A stretch of DNA of 64,000 nt. Source: a virus. Below, piece by piece: positions 47,301-52,885 of the stretch (positions within the stretch are counted from its first letter, which is position 1; every line of letters starts with the position of its first letter). The stretch covers positions 8,244-72,243 of the IMG/VR virus record IMGVR_UViG_3300010354_000069; one strand, given 5' to 3'. The position numbers were made by a program, and so were the translations under genes. The notes beneath the pieces were generated by a model that saw only the letters and a list, made by a program, of their open reading frames with translations, searched no databases and had not been told where the DNA came from.

Positions 47301-49910
47301 GGAAGTGCCCTGATGCTGGAAGACTTGCATTGGGTAGCCAATACCCAAAGAGAAGTATCCTAGAGCTGAGCTTGTGACTTCACCCAGGCTCTGAGGCAAG
47401 AGATAGCTAGGAGTGAGATAGGAGACCTCTCTTTTGTAAGTCTTTCCTTCATTGATTACACGCTCTGCTGCAATCTGGTCACTAAGAAGAAGAGGCTTAC
47501 TAGCTAGCATGTCGCCAATAAAACCACTTATGACCGTAGTAGCCGCAAAAGCTCGTACAGCATTGCGGATGCCAACACGCTCGGGACTTACAGTACTGTA
47601 GCCGTAAGCACTTGCCCTAGCATTTGCAAAATACTGGTTGGCCTTTCTGAAGGAGTTAGCAGCCTGACGAAACCTGCCAGAAACCAAATGTTTTACAGCA
47701 AGAGTATTCTCGACTTGTCCTGCTCTGACGTACACATCATCGTGTACTGTAATGTCTTCCACAAACAGATTCATTAGCGGGATCTTGGAGCTTAGCTTCG
47801 AGTACGCTTGTGTTACTTTACTCAAGCTCATTCGGGCTGTAAGTTCTACGGCATCCGGTTTAGCCATTCGCGCCGCTCTGAGGGAAGGCTCGTCAAGAGC
47901 TTCCATTACAGCGTTGTAGTATGGTCTAGCCTCCTTGAGCCCGGTAAGGCTTTCGACCATAGGATAAACCGTGTGCTGGAAAGTAAACCTGGCGACGGAC
48001 ATGGAAAGCTGTTTGAGCTTGCCAAAAGCCGACATTGTCCCGCTTACACCGCTCGCATACAGCTTGTATCCCACACTGTTTGAAGTAGCGGCATTTGCCA
48101 TTACCTTTGCCTGATACTGACGCGCGCTTGAGACAATGTAGTCTTCAGCACTTGCACTAATCGAGTGCAGAAAGTGCGTCGAGTAGTACAGCATAAGAAA
48201 CGAGCCCAAATTGCTGCCGGCATCAACCAAGTAACGGGCCATCTCTGCGTAGGGCTCGGTTTTCATGCTGGGAGCTTGAGGGCTGTAACCACCTGAATAG
48301 AGGAATGATTCCAACCCGGTCATGTAGCGGTGGTGGTCTAAGTAACGACCGGCATTCACGATGGCGCTACCAAGAAGCCCGCGATTACCGCGCTGCTCGA
48401 CCATATAGCTGGCCTCGGCGCCGTAAACTTTACCCACGTAAGCTTTGAGCATGTAGCCCGCTGTAGGAGCTTGCATCAGGTAGTCAAGAGCCCGCACCTC
48501 AAGAGGCATGGTGCTGTAGTCCATGCGTTCACCTGTAGAACGCTCATAGTTGCTTGCGTACAAGTGCGACAGAATGCCACCGCGGTCGCGCTTAGGTGAG
48601 TAAGTAACTCGCCCGCCATACCCAATGACGTCGTAATCAGTGTTACGCCGAGTCTTGACCATGTCCCCGTAAAACTGACTGGTCGCCATGTACATGGCAA
48701 AGTGCATGAAATTTGCGTCGTACAGAACACGTGGGTCAATCGTGTATTGCCAGCGCTGACCGGCGCCCGGTTTGGGCATATCCGCTGCTCTGGGCATCAG
48801 CGCGTCAACCATGAAGTCGTAACGCCTAGAACTGGGTGGCCTGACGCCGCGCACCGCTTTGGACCGATCAGGTCTTGCTGCGAACTTCTTGAACTCGCCG
48901 TCTTTAGCAATTAGCTCGTGCACGTACTCGGCGTAGCCAGCATCCTCAAGCTTGGTTGAAATCATCGTGGAGTAGCCCCTAGGGTTACCCATACTCATGC
49001 TTTTGGAAGCTCGGGCATCGCCAAGAAAACTGACGGCGTTCTTGCCGTGACCGACAGCCATCTGATTACGGTGAGAAGGGTTTCTGGTAATTGCCACTTC
49101 CAACGAGGGATACTTTTTGGAAGCTTCTGTAAGCTGTTCTATGACGCGGGCTTGGGTATTGATGTCGCTGTCGGCTGTACCACCTATGAGTACGTGCGTG
49201 CGAGCACCCAAACGGCTTCTGTTGATGATCCTGTTGACGACACCCTCGTCGCTCAGTGTCGTGTAGGTAAGCGAGATGTCCTCAGTAGTTTCCAGTTGAC
49301 GGTAGATCTCGTTGAAGTAAGTTGAGCGGTCACCCGCAGAGATGACCTTGAAGTGCTTGGTAGAAACCAGCGGCAGAGCCCTTTGCTCGCTTAGAGCTCT
49401 CTCATTCGCATAACCCGGAATTCCTGCACGAGTAGCAAGAAATTTCCACTCGCGGATCATTTCTTTGTTGTCCGTCAAGTAGTACTCGTTCTGCTGCAGT
49501 TGTCTGCCCGTTCCAAATAACTTGGATCCTTTTAGGCGGCTGCTGGCTTTTTCACCCATGCCGCTGGCTGTCATGTTAGCCGTGCCGCCGTAAACCCACT
49601 CGTGCCCCTGCTGGTCTACAAGGATACCTTGCTTGTAGTGGGTAAAGTCCTCGTTGGCTTTCATGTCCAACTCGATAACTTGCCCAGGGTACCTGCGTAC
49701 GGCCTCTGCAGTATTTGCAGAGTTGCTGGAACGACCCCTAGGAGCTACGTATAGTTTGCGCTCACCAGGTCCGCTGAGAAAGCTCTGCAACGTCTTGGAA
49801 TCAGGATCTACGTCAAACGAAGTTCGTACGAACGAACGAGCAGTAGCAGCAAGCCTGCTGTGGCTTTGCTGGTTTTCCTGCCCGTAGTGCAGTAACGAGC
49901 TGCGATCCAA
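32310..49910 (-). CDS. Giant (5866 aa) multidomain virion/polyvalent protein: PLD, TM-rich region, lytic transglycosylase, M23 peptidase, 2x zincin, 2x ART-like
   Basis: HYK....VD...GTAN; IMQAET..GLMQ..AAYNAG..ETQRY; HQGVD..YGHL..STGPHVHYEV; HELRH and HEVHH; two YYHGQ..G.G(Y/F)Y motifs; TTG start with AAGGA SD. Confidence 0.9.
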   Translation of the reverse strand: MDRSSLLHYGQENQQSHSRLAATARSFVRTSFDVDPDSKTLQSFLSGPGERKLYVAPRGRSSNSANTAEAVRRYPGQVIELDMKANEDFTHYKQGILVDQQGHEWVYGGTANMTASGMGEKASSRLKGSKLFGTGRQLQQNEYYLTDNKEMIREWKFLATRAGIPGYANERALSEQRALPLVSTKHFKVISAGDRSTYFNEIYRQLETTEDISLTYTTLSDEGVVNRIINRSRLGARTHVLIGGTADSDINTQARVIEQLTEASKKYPSLEVAITRNPSHRNQMAVGHGKNAVSFLGDARASKSMSMGNPRGYSTMISTKLEDAGYAEYVHELIAKDGEFKKFAARPDRSKAVRGVRPPSSRRYDFMVDALMPRAADMPKPGAGQRWQYTIDPRVLYDANFMHFAMYMATSQFYGDMVKTRRNTDYDVIGYGGRVTYSPKRDRGGILSHLYASNYERSTGERMDYSTMPLEVRALDYLMQAPTAGYMLKAYVGKVYGAEASYMVEQRGNRGLLGSAIVNAGRYLDHHRYMTGLESFLYSGGYSPQAPSMKTEPYAEMARYLVDAGSNLGSFLMLYYSTHFLHSISASAEDYIVSSARQYQAKVMANAATSNSVGYKLYASGVSGTMSAFGKLKQLSMSVARFTFQHTVYPMVESLTGLKEARPYYNAVMEALDEPSLRAARMAKPDAVELTARMSLSKVTQAYSKLSSKIPLMNLFVEDITVHDDVYVRAGQVENTLAVKHLVSGRFRQAANSFRKANQYFANARASAYGYSTVSPERVGIRNAVRAFAATTVISGFIGDMLASKPLLLSDQIAAERVINEGKTYKREVSYLTPSYLLPQSLGEVTSSALGYFSLGIGYPMQVFQHQGTSAKIASLLGFGAGMAVTRGRGFGTFLAGIVGGSVAGGLTELLSGRGFTSFRQANKMFNVPRNVVVTKADGTQEEVGALTFMYSQGFRQFNSVRGALKSVTEFIANTPTALYRNTVKMIQADRDNFSWKVVTQQQAAAMTASDRMRQLDNEGFRGQITGDPGAVQGTIQKTLDIFRNFSVTAYKSEINQMSIDGLRIGWMGGPALFLSAATQGGRTSYAISFITPLPLQGSGTMSMPFYRMEKRGYKQLEYWLRGVKESNNYFDRLLYDAVSNKENSASSFASKIALNIMSLGYKPSTLVEAVAQLNVGAAAIAGPTLTALAVGTTFALANLAAKKHYQARELLLTGVKPPASSLFERVTGYLKYGQDTRVSLDPLTNIGNILTSETTSGASGISARRVVGTLLRGPGVAMRALMRVVTLPVTAPVGVLTGTASKVLGGSFSSGFMAPVRAGQSLATIGLSLMVFEAGRIVYNLHQRNYEGTPGSYIQSQINRYKIDYNDPNTPLGAVTSTFNKFMESGFRVLVNANSGERKISDVQPIIISRPTDSFAIEMNPIVGKFPVTPKGLAQRINWSIRKVLSAFSSESVIQGPEIVAMQHGYAAAQQTERDEDTTGFTRIKGRFSMGFGNLFTVASNKIAAVRPQNPQNKVLGGTSLAMATYGDYTMLTGFAPARKPAFMGRMFSSESPVYNLSPGLKLALRNRQALARTALVAWPAEMNDYLGGEKAYVGGYSRLSKQAYYTHYAMGRYDTQNNLVQGVRPLIVNPLRTAPGMKPYDSYDVAALAKEYAGYANRFYEKAKEVELFKLPDGIDQEFLATLEQSPTYRGIMAYIEGHKAAQQAAGMPITEMEDDSDTFDTLPFGMNKKILRPLSRNSSPEEFLLNFSNSEVNSNQQTRIGAIWLGFALGTAAMFAGHGIAAARTLLTISRDPALRAAYNVTKNLKADDPLKGFDIRRLMRAVEVTSAGKVLDPLTLEYNPSDASVLRMPRPGGGFSMLGAANGEPFGEGILPRGSVISGRARALGYQQIARAVIETYGDIKALAETKDVTRTLGTIRRLEIILESFAGHGPGSPAPPPGWSPGKRYLTAMNELQGIRTRLTAGGDFAKEINLFERTVFGVFRDFDDVMGLKPVDMPGFLNRAGLRASTFVGSIRKTFTFWKLRSVGAHVPEPQLGGTPPPPPPAVGIHEVRAGSIGTADPSHHTASTAQEERIASKNIQSATRITRFSSFMTGLGYGFRATALLASLALLSKSLLDTTESYENSVTFGLYGIGLGAFALGGISGIMKIADKAIVRPMLLSGAYGAVSNIAIAADPTISREARQTFREEGASELWKTFVLGGTLLATKKTSELAAAGAIALGAAKGGRVAGFAGLLVGGLVGWASFSLSSAVGKSQYEEALTKEKEGKELNWGDRVNKFFIGGLIDSIGWVQEHADKVDALKQLNTGVSAIFRTFNVGAAGYLNQSADYLLSMTLNKEYKKVSDKPLKFAAGLLNYWADTFVNTQIKAGLLESGDAGETSFSARHALWRSYSPIFYGVASERAWMSTAAKLEIAEQVRFTKRGIGASLLTVVAPEVLQSFSNTGLMSSSNDNLLNMSFASMYMARPRTGGGNVSAKRAFKFAPVPSVDQIIMGELHRRALMYETAVLGGANAMYNYMFTGGWSGFEVRSRTSAAERAEGAVPGRRTILSTLAEVTGGPVRTGSAGPVPEKYSAFITEASKRSGEAESFIRSIMQAETGGDYNERMVSPKNARGLMQIVPEAHDPTGKLNLFDPRTSIVTGANILAQFRRELVKKLGRAPTDLEVAAAYNAGVTGFMRSLRPGGKLPLETQRYIKQVEYYKYINEHFGSLKGIENTTDLAAYISKNLKMPKAEARDVAQRVRTQMARGGQYLPYDDPETYNQVSHFLGYAPTRKQRAELLHTAILRSTPSLTGFPVATERGISYNVTSPYLRDRGTHLHQGVDIQFYDTKTGSTNVPVVAFVGGRVIEKGVKGGYGNVVIVRTELKVKGKPVDILYGHLADDAANEVGVSVGDILVRGQRIGIQGSTGHSTGPHVHYEVRAGGTVLDPMHTPTATPTGSTQVPTAAQIEEYLSKNKDAAHSLPGAYTKMWKSFGFAENIAKSAETLYNQEFTRRGALLPGSTEPLRITLNPNAYTDTGERNEKRNYQDINKNANEDGKHRYDEDDDNDTTYGTISGLISGAFTAFMVWRIWKKVRKPSSVLDVPKPEDHDAVKGVDSLVKSFNSTLEKLAAGPDSVASRILLEDSAGSVSLHLAGHTLAAETADRTISPLSVVGVVATGAKNPTTAVLVSPEFIEAYDNIRTYDETTGRKEILRTLELIRKKLERKLEKDTENFTPEDTARLHEVTEQISLIEEERTKDIGTDLNKINNSVIQALEHLLSSTFLLDKESGGILDFAKHRHTKDGKTFTSAAPSVETLVKASILRSAALNMRARVMRGASQLNFLRLPFGFGEDRTGLAEGRLQQGVAAMQHLAKVAEHINRRFDQDPDTGRKRINYGERRANLLARLASHQGSATDQLQFLAEALIEGTGLKEGVDRTAIVNQVTEELVQMFTDIVKFGSGGPVQAPRNVKPGRRRGRGLLAKTNKIGDRVTIGRKGSSQEVNIDVEKTTQDLVNRTLENIFFLVNTPSPRGTAPSGRNGQQSLPFGQGGTGSDGLSGGTGDSGELGGSQAGSRGTGELTSSRTSPLNPSTGNLTPPSFTGGLNPNVYGKKTGKLPLPPGILPKLSHLYYKVKSTALKLAKRSILPAITLGSIALLGAPAEAATRIAHHAASGGGLSVFATMVAGTLGAGLLFLVDRRLRVVANRKLSGPQALENAYNKELIALSSDPNFIDRQNLLRKAKTTLAQMFPGAATSGAQYLLTPEEAQRLHYTRLGSASGAYYTRYPRRDRGFIVLSHKAIKDLERSFNKQPKVLSASESDSYSTLLHELRHSASNTIATQYNPSVAKDYYMKKVRSAIKRAGLLGALVHAPSIVKAYYYGSKQNKLMLYALEEATVEIGSVEHLREFVGRLTGHTVSTAPLVATYKFQRMFTRALLSLTDITSDTLYVEEDRVKLLSEKIAEKFRLNRSQATRIRKVINNYAVNVFVPSSYSSRFSIRRPVGSYKQSLKALDRLHRSLSSIARRDLPSFEILNDSSMVTVIDAELEKARRERGQRTSGIFGLLVGTGLALAAGMPAEAATLPFGHHVTSLADNALLMSQLGFSAAGILGWEGVKKLFGGNNKNQPLSSVVPASEAEPTRTALDFTTLKKDISRQITNRTYYHGQTHAPSGIPEASLHGSWWGGRGYYMAETVGQALDYAGLTVNSAGKTVRALVTKAKKQFGIVQKVRLNPTAQFIDFAQPAEVYKTEVRTMLQHTFETMLLHVNDSEKTSSKFNAELLRLLNALDTPDNKHNVEYFYKSAVEFMTSRFTAAEGLPPNFNSEVAVHTALRDSIVSQGYAGVRNTIFNENGQLVLMDSKEARETTVYAVVPGKRIKRLGALNLANLSEYTVQLLRYRASSDIIASARKPHHLFTTTIDKSSVSVARGFTYVRSTLKALQPKLLEKARQSLKRGAKPLALGLLGVGLALAAGMPAEAATHFRIETVVEPDLSKITTHYPSLINTLVPYLKFAAAGVFGATATALTASLVLKPRQTIDFLKTISARSVASLRHFVDTAKQLTAMQFALYETAKAVRSTLPREQRRGILPLPVILLNDIGVTNMPFSWDGMHTPRGMMAYINVRNKYTPYLLDIARQSRNKLGVASFEYREKSLERLLTTLHILSHEVHHEYSPRRRALARFGFDYDIKGHYATAPELALEEAAVETRAINVMPELIRRLRINVNSTTSVFSAYPEQRTMYNFLRDAAGLTDEQIYFTDRRVDLIKNAILRKHAAGNITRDMDLRLDFYTKRLVQEFAPKQDSVEMDKAVELINIYKTKIAKVLNISETSLPEVIPAEYSRNIEPYSHVAASTADRVSRLAKRAAERKGILGGRSGRLMSIAFTGLGLVAAATMPAEASSGFGTLITPEHFATLATSLLATAPVLGRLAYQTYRDRLQRASSQPGAISSLIRFAQKEARMLRLMLKMRADTRAAEQRAKYEWRSLPKTESASNLLPHELLDMELRTAAPETSTLARDAHTTRSGVVDFTAEKQAISDRLTSRAYYHGQDYRPYGIPELDVSGTWAEGAGFYVTPSRNDATDYSGVRGIKPSGWGHYSSAHYVQTFGFKPGARIMDFRAAPEVYEQEWREIIKSMYREMGVQDPNGKLAEQTYLELRSNAERTLEEVRRRSEKPGITSFTIHELMSTGIRELFAGIAAELLVDKYNKPSMFDNGDALKHLGNTTIERDGRTYIVAREAAYRAASTGARDIYLFTDRLFARTIASLGYAGYSMLLGRGWRAVERNVDQLIVVNPDELVEKAVHRYLKAGRSLVAVVARLSKDIAASSINPVVSAQRSVTDEPVKTPQAFSYTKRTFVPADEESRLVLGRAVRDFRKNPTPRSLNSLDQETLANRQRELIAARKQRRAVESVAEARREEVRSRTEATRGERPLQTLIEREEEINRQKQLKQDIWARLGTAGKPLERLQEAEERIQRTVERKEEIRSRLDKTSRERPMARQEQAEARIRRDIYQQRLANTSIMKSYEFSQQLGNPLFMLAMSVKSWMDFEDQKAKLHKQGYEMPFEQEVFFKASTGLFAVQAALEGYGRMVPLVTKRFGATTWAPKLAAVASKAALPLMVVVESSKTFVEYREAGTDRVARERALGHGVAGLSTIGILGLASAAAGFVVKTALTGAAAGTLAGGVGALPGAIAGTFAGIGIVLANIWAYGKINEHLVKSVDAHIDAKYRVGKSAAELSVRSTKELARVSSTSKQALPGTVSSSGSIEVEAVVSDKYERNVLDDVIENVDEFIQNVFYGKEAPAKSKNATVVVDTKANHGGVKSGAKDVPTGSTKDHSQRRTSKVEVDPQGKKVVIHQEHAGKKGKDDTLDRDYHRQGRSGSRDIPSAARKRAN
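35283..39050 (-). repeat. Four dispersed signal-peptide-like cassettes (PAEA|A/S) within the giant gene
   Basis: Pro codons start at 38990, 37745, 36554 and 35297; GGCATTCCAGCGGCTAG identical at 37744-37760 and 36553-36569. Confidence 0.85.
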
Positions 49911-51890
49911 CTACCAGTCCTTCTGCGTAATCCTTGTATTACGCATTGAACCAGTGTCGGTGTTGCTACTTCTGCGCGGATCAACCAGTTTTGCACGATC
50001 TGCTAGCTGACGCTCCTCAGCAAAGAGATCGTTGATAGCGCGTGCGGTGTGAATCTGTCCGGAAGTCCTGATATTGTTGGAGCCGGTTTCAAAATAGCGG
50101 AACCTACGCTCATCCTGAGAAATTCTGTAGACAACGCAAGCCAAGCAGTCTGACAGATCTTTCGAGCCCTTTGGTTTGGGGTGGTCGATACGACGCCCAT
50201 TCATCAATTTGATTTCAGACAGTTCCTTGTGGAGCTTGGCTGCAGCAGGACTTTGGTCAGGTGGTGGAATGCGTACGCGGTCCTGATCAATCCACTCGCG
50301 CAGTACTTGGTATATCTTGCGCTGCTCGGTCTGGCTAAAGCTGGACTTCCACAGCTCGGTCGAAATGCCGGCAGAGTAGATACGCTGAATCATCATTGCA
50401 CTATTCCAATGGTCGAAAGTCAGCTTCTTCAGGTGGATGGACTTGGATAACTTGATAATCTCGTCGCAGACGTTTTCGTAGTCTACCAGGTAGATGTCGC
50501 CTCGACCCTTATCCACCGGACGCCACTCCAGCACAGCATTTACCTGTACGATCACGTTGCCCGTCAGCGGGTCTACGACAGGATGTGCCGAGAGAAAACC
50601 AAAGCTGTCGTGCTTGAGACCAGGATCGCAGTGACCAAAGCTGAACATCGCACCTTTAACGACTTCCTGTGGAGCAATGACTTCAATAGACGAAAACTTT
50701 CGCGGGCCGTCTGGTCCTTGCTGTACCGAGATCTTTGGAATGTAGTCGACCTGCAACGGGTACTTCGAAGCGCGAGCCAGTGCGTGCTTGTGGAAGAAAT
50801 TCTCTTCCGACCCAGGTCGTACGCCCGCGTAGTCTCGCATTGCCTCAACACCGCGAGTCAGGTATTCGGCCTTGATGCTGGGATGTTCCTCCTTGAGCAG
50901 AGCAAACTCCGGGTTCATATCCCAAGTTGCCAACCTGAATGCCAGAATGTGACTAGCTTCACCCTCAGCGTTGATGAACAGTCTATCCGTCAGGTCGCCC
51001 TCGCACCAAGCAGAGCTGATGACAATCTTTTTTGAGCCGAAGCGGGACAGCGTCAGGGTACCCTTGCCGACGTTGGCATAGAGATCGACGCCAGATTGAC
51101 CAGAGCCGCCTTCAATACCAAAGCGGTTAGCCTCGTCCATCGCAAAGATCATCAACGTACGACCGACCAATCCCGAGCTGTTGCTATGACCGGCCCAGAT
51201 CGTGATGTTCTTGGAAGGGTACTGAATATCCAGCGTGTTGATGATCAGCTTGCCTTGCTGCCGCAAGCCCTGAAAGTAAGGTGCCTGCTCAAGTCGGCCC
51301 TTGATGTTGGCAAACAGAGTATCCTTGGACTGCACTTCAGTTGTAGCAAGAACCAGCAAGTGAATGGGTGATCCGGCCATCAGACCAAATTCCTTGGCGG
51401 GATCCGGGTGCTGAATCAACTTGAAGTACTCGTAAGCACAGACAACGGAGATGATTGCGGTCTTCGAGCTTCTCATCCCCGCCTCAAGGCTGAGTTCTTG
51501 GTAGTGCTGGCCCTCAACCCAAGTGGTCTTGCCCTCGATGGCCCAGTTTTGCAGAATCTCGCGCTCGTCCCAGTAGTCAGTAGCCTTCTTGCCGTACTTG
51601 GCGAGCTTGCCCTGAACCTCTTCCGGCCGTCCTTTGAACAGCGAACCCCACGTACCACGCTCCAGCGGTAGTTGGTAGAGTGCTTTAAGAATGGCTCGCT
51701 GGCTAGGCCACAGTTCAATCTCAAGGATATCCGTCGCAAACTCGACAATATCCATCTCGAGCTTGGCCCGCTGCATCCCTTCGGAGATCAGCTCCGAGAG
51801 CAGCAGGTCGCTGGCGTTTACTGGTTTGCGGTTGCCTGGTGGCACTTGATTAATCCGTAAGAACGCCTCTGTACTGGAACTTGGCAGCAC
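49911..51890 (-). CDS. terL: Terminase large subunit
   Basis: AGMRSSKT, FAMDEA, ISS, HCDPG...DS, TFDHWNS, RIDHP..GSKDLSD; exact start uncertain. Confidence 0.88.
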   Translation of the reverse strand: MLPSSSTEAFLRINQVPPGNRKPVNASDLLLSELISEGMQRAKLEMDIVEFATDILEIELWPSQRAILKALYQLPLERGTWGSLFKGRPEEVQGKLAKYGKKATDYWDEREILQNWAIEGKTTWVEGQHYQELSLEAGMRSSKTAIISVVCAYEYFKLIQHPDPAKEFGLMAGSPIHLLVLATTEVQSKDTLFANIKGRLEQAPYFQGLRQQGKLIINTLDIQYPSKNITIWAGHSNSSGLVGRTLMIFAMDEANRFGIEGGSGQSGVDLYANVGKGTLTLSRFGSKKIVISSAWCEGDLTDRLFINAEGEASHILAFRLATWDMNPEFALLKEEHPSIKAEYLTRGVEAMRDYAGVRPGSEENFFHKHALARASKYPLQVDYIPKISVQQGPDGPRKFSSIEVIAPQEVVKGAMFSFGHCDPGLKHDSFGFLSAHPVVDPLTGNVIVQVNAVLEWRPVDKGRGDIYLVDYENVCDEIIKLSKSIHLKKLTFDHWNSAMMIQRIYSAGISTELWKSSFSQTEQRKIYQVLREWIDQDRVRIPPPDQSPAAAKLHKELSEIKLMNGRRIDHPKPKGSKDLSDCLACVVYRISQDERRFRYFETGSNNIRTSGQIHTARAINDLFAEERQLADRAKLVDPRRSSNTDTGSMRNTRITQKDW

Positions 51891-52422
51891 CAGACTTCAG
51901 GGCGTTGTACTTGACTTCAAGGAGCGCCTTGAATTCCTTCCAGTAGATCTTGATGTCCTGCTTTTCACTGCGGCCAACCTCAATGTCTACGTGGTAGTGG
52001 TCGGTAACCGCTTCAAGCGGCAGCTTGTGCCAAGCAACAAACTCGGCAACAAACTGGGCAGCAACTTCCAACTGGGCCTTTGTAATAGGTGCCTCGCCAA
52101 GATTGCTGGGCACGGCATTACGCATGCCGCAGAGACTTATCCCTACAGTGCCCGTGTTGGCTTTGAACGCATGACGGCCCTTCTCGGTAAGCTTCAGCAG
52201 TTTGACTACGTGCGCTTTGTCCTTGAGTTTATCGTAGGGAACGCAGTAGTGATAAACGTCGTGTACCATACGGTAGGAACCACCGGTCCAGTGCATGATG
52301 ATACGCTTTATCTTGCCTAGCTTCATGCTGCGCTGATCATTTTCTACCTCAAGCACAACGTTCAGGCCATCTACATCGTGGTTGCCGTCACTGTGCTCGT
52401 CGGAAAGGTCAATGTAACCCAT
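51850..52422 (-). CDS. N-acetylmuramoyl-L-alanine amidase (endolysin)
   Basis: IIMHWTGG, YHY, HAFKANTGTVGISLCG, T.AQLE, DH; start placed at MGYID. Confidence 0.85.
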   Translation of the reverse strand: MGYIDLSDEHSDGNHDVDGLNVVLEVENDQRSMKLGKIKRIIMHWTGGSYRMVHDVYHYCVPYDKLKDKAHVVKLLKLTEKGRHAFKANTGTVGISLCGMRNAVPSNLGEAPITKAQLEVAAQFVAEFVAWHKLPLEAVTDHYHVDIEVGRSEKQDIKIYWKEFKALLEVKYNALKSGAAKFQYRGVLTD

Positions 52423-52423
52423 T

Positions 52424-52885
52424 TCAGATGTCTCCCGTAACTGCAGGATGCAGTACAACTACCAAGTAGAGTGTTGGAAGTAGTGTATCAGAGCTGTACC
52501 CGATATAAAAGAAGTCGCCGTGCTTGAGCTGCTGTAGCCACAAATTATCGTAGATGTGCGCGCCAAAGGTCATAGGGCGCAGATGCGGTACTGTGAGGTC
52601 GTCGTCAGGGTTGTCCACAAAATCTACCGAGACCGTGTAAACGGGCGTGAAGGTCTTGTCGTAGACCGTGTAGCCTTCAATATCAACGTTGTTCAGTCTT
52701 ACGTAAAAATTAGCGGGTTCTACTATAACCACACTGTGCGGGTGCGTGATCATCTTTTCAATCAGTTCAGGCTCAAGTGCAGCAAGACTCCTGATGCCCT
52801 GTGGAGCTTTGCGTATGATTGGATTCAGGACGTCTAGAAGCTCAGGATCGTGTAGGTATACTTGAGTAATACCATTAATTTTCAT
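52424..52885 (-). CDS. Hypothetical protein
   Basis: Coupled ORF. Confidence 0.7.
   Translation of the reverse strand: MKINGITQVYLHDPELLDVLNPIIRKAPQGIRSLAALEPELIEKMITHPHSVVIVEPANFYVRLNNVDIEGYTVYDKTFTPVYTVSVDFVDNPDDDLTVPHLRPMTFGAHIYDNLWLQQLKHGDFFYIGYSSDTLLPTLYLVVVLHPAVTGDI

Noticed and set aside
32370-49887. Many + strand ORFs antisense to the giant gene
   Set aside because: Shadow ORFs with no recognisable motifs
32310-51890. TAG stop-codon reassignment fusing terL to the giant gene
   Set aside because: The 5866-codon ORF has no internal TAG and genes are intact under code 11; the TTG start has an SD
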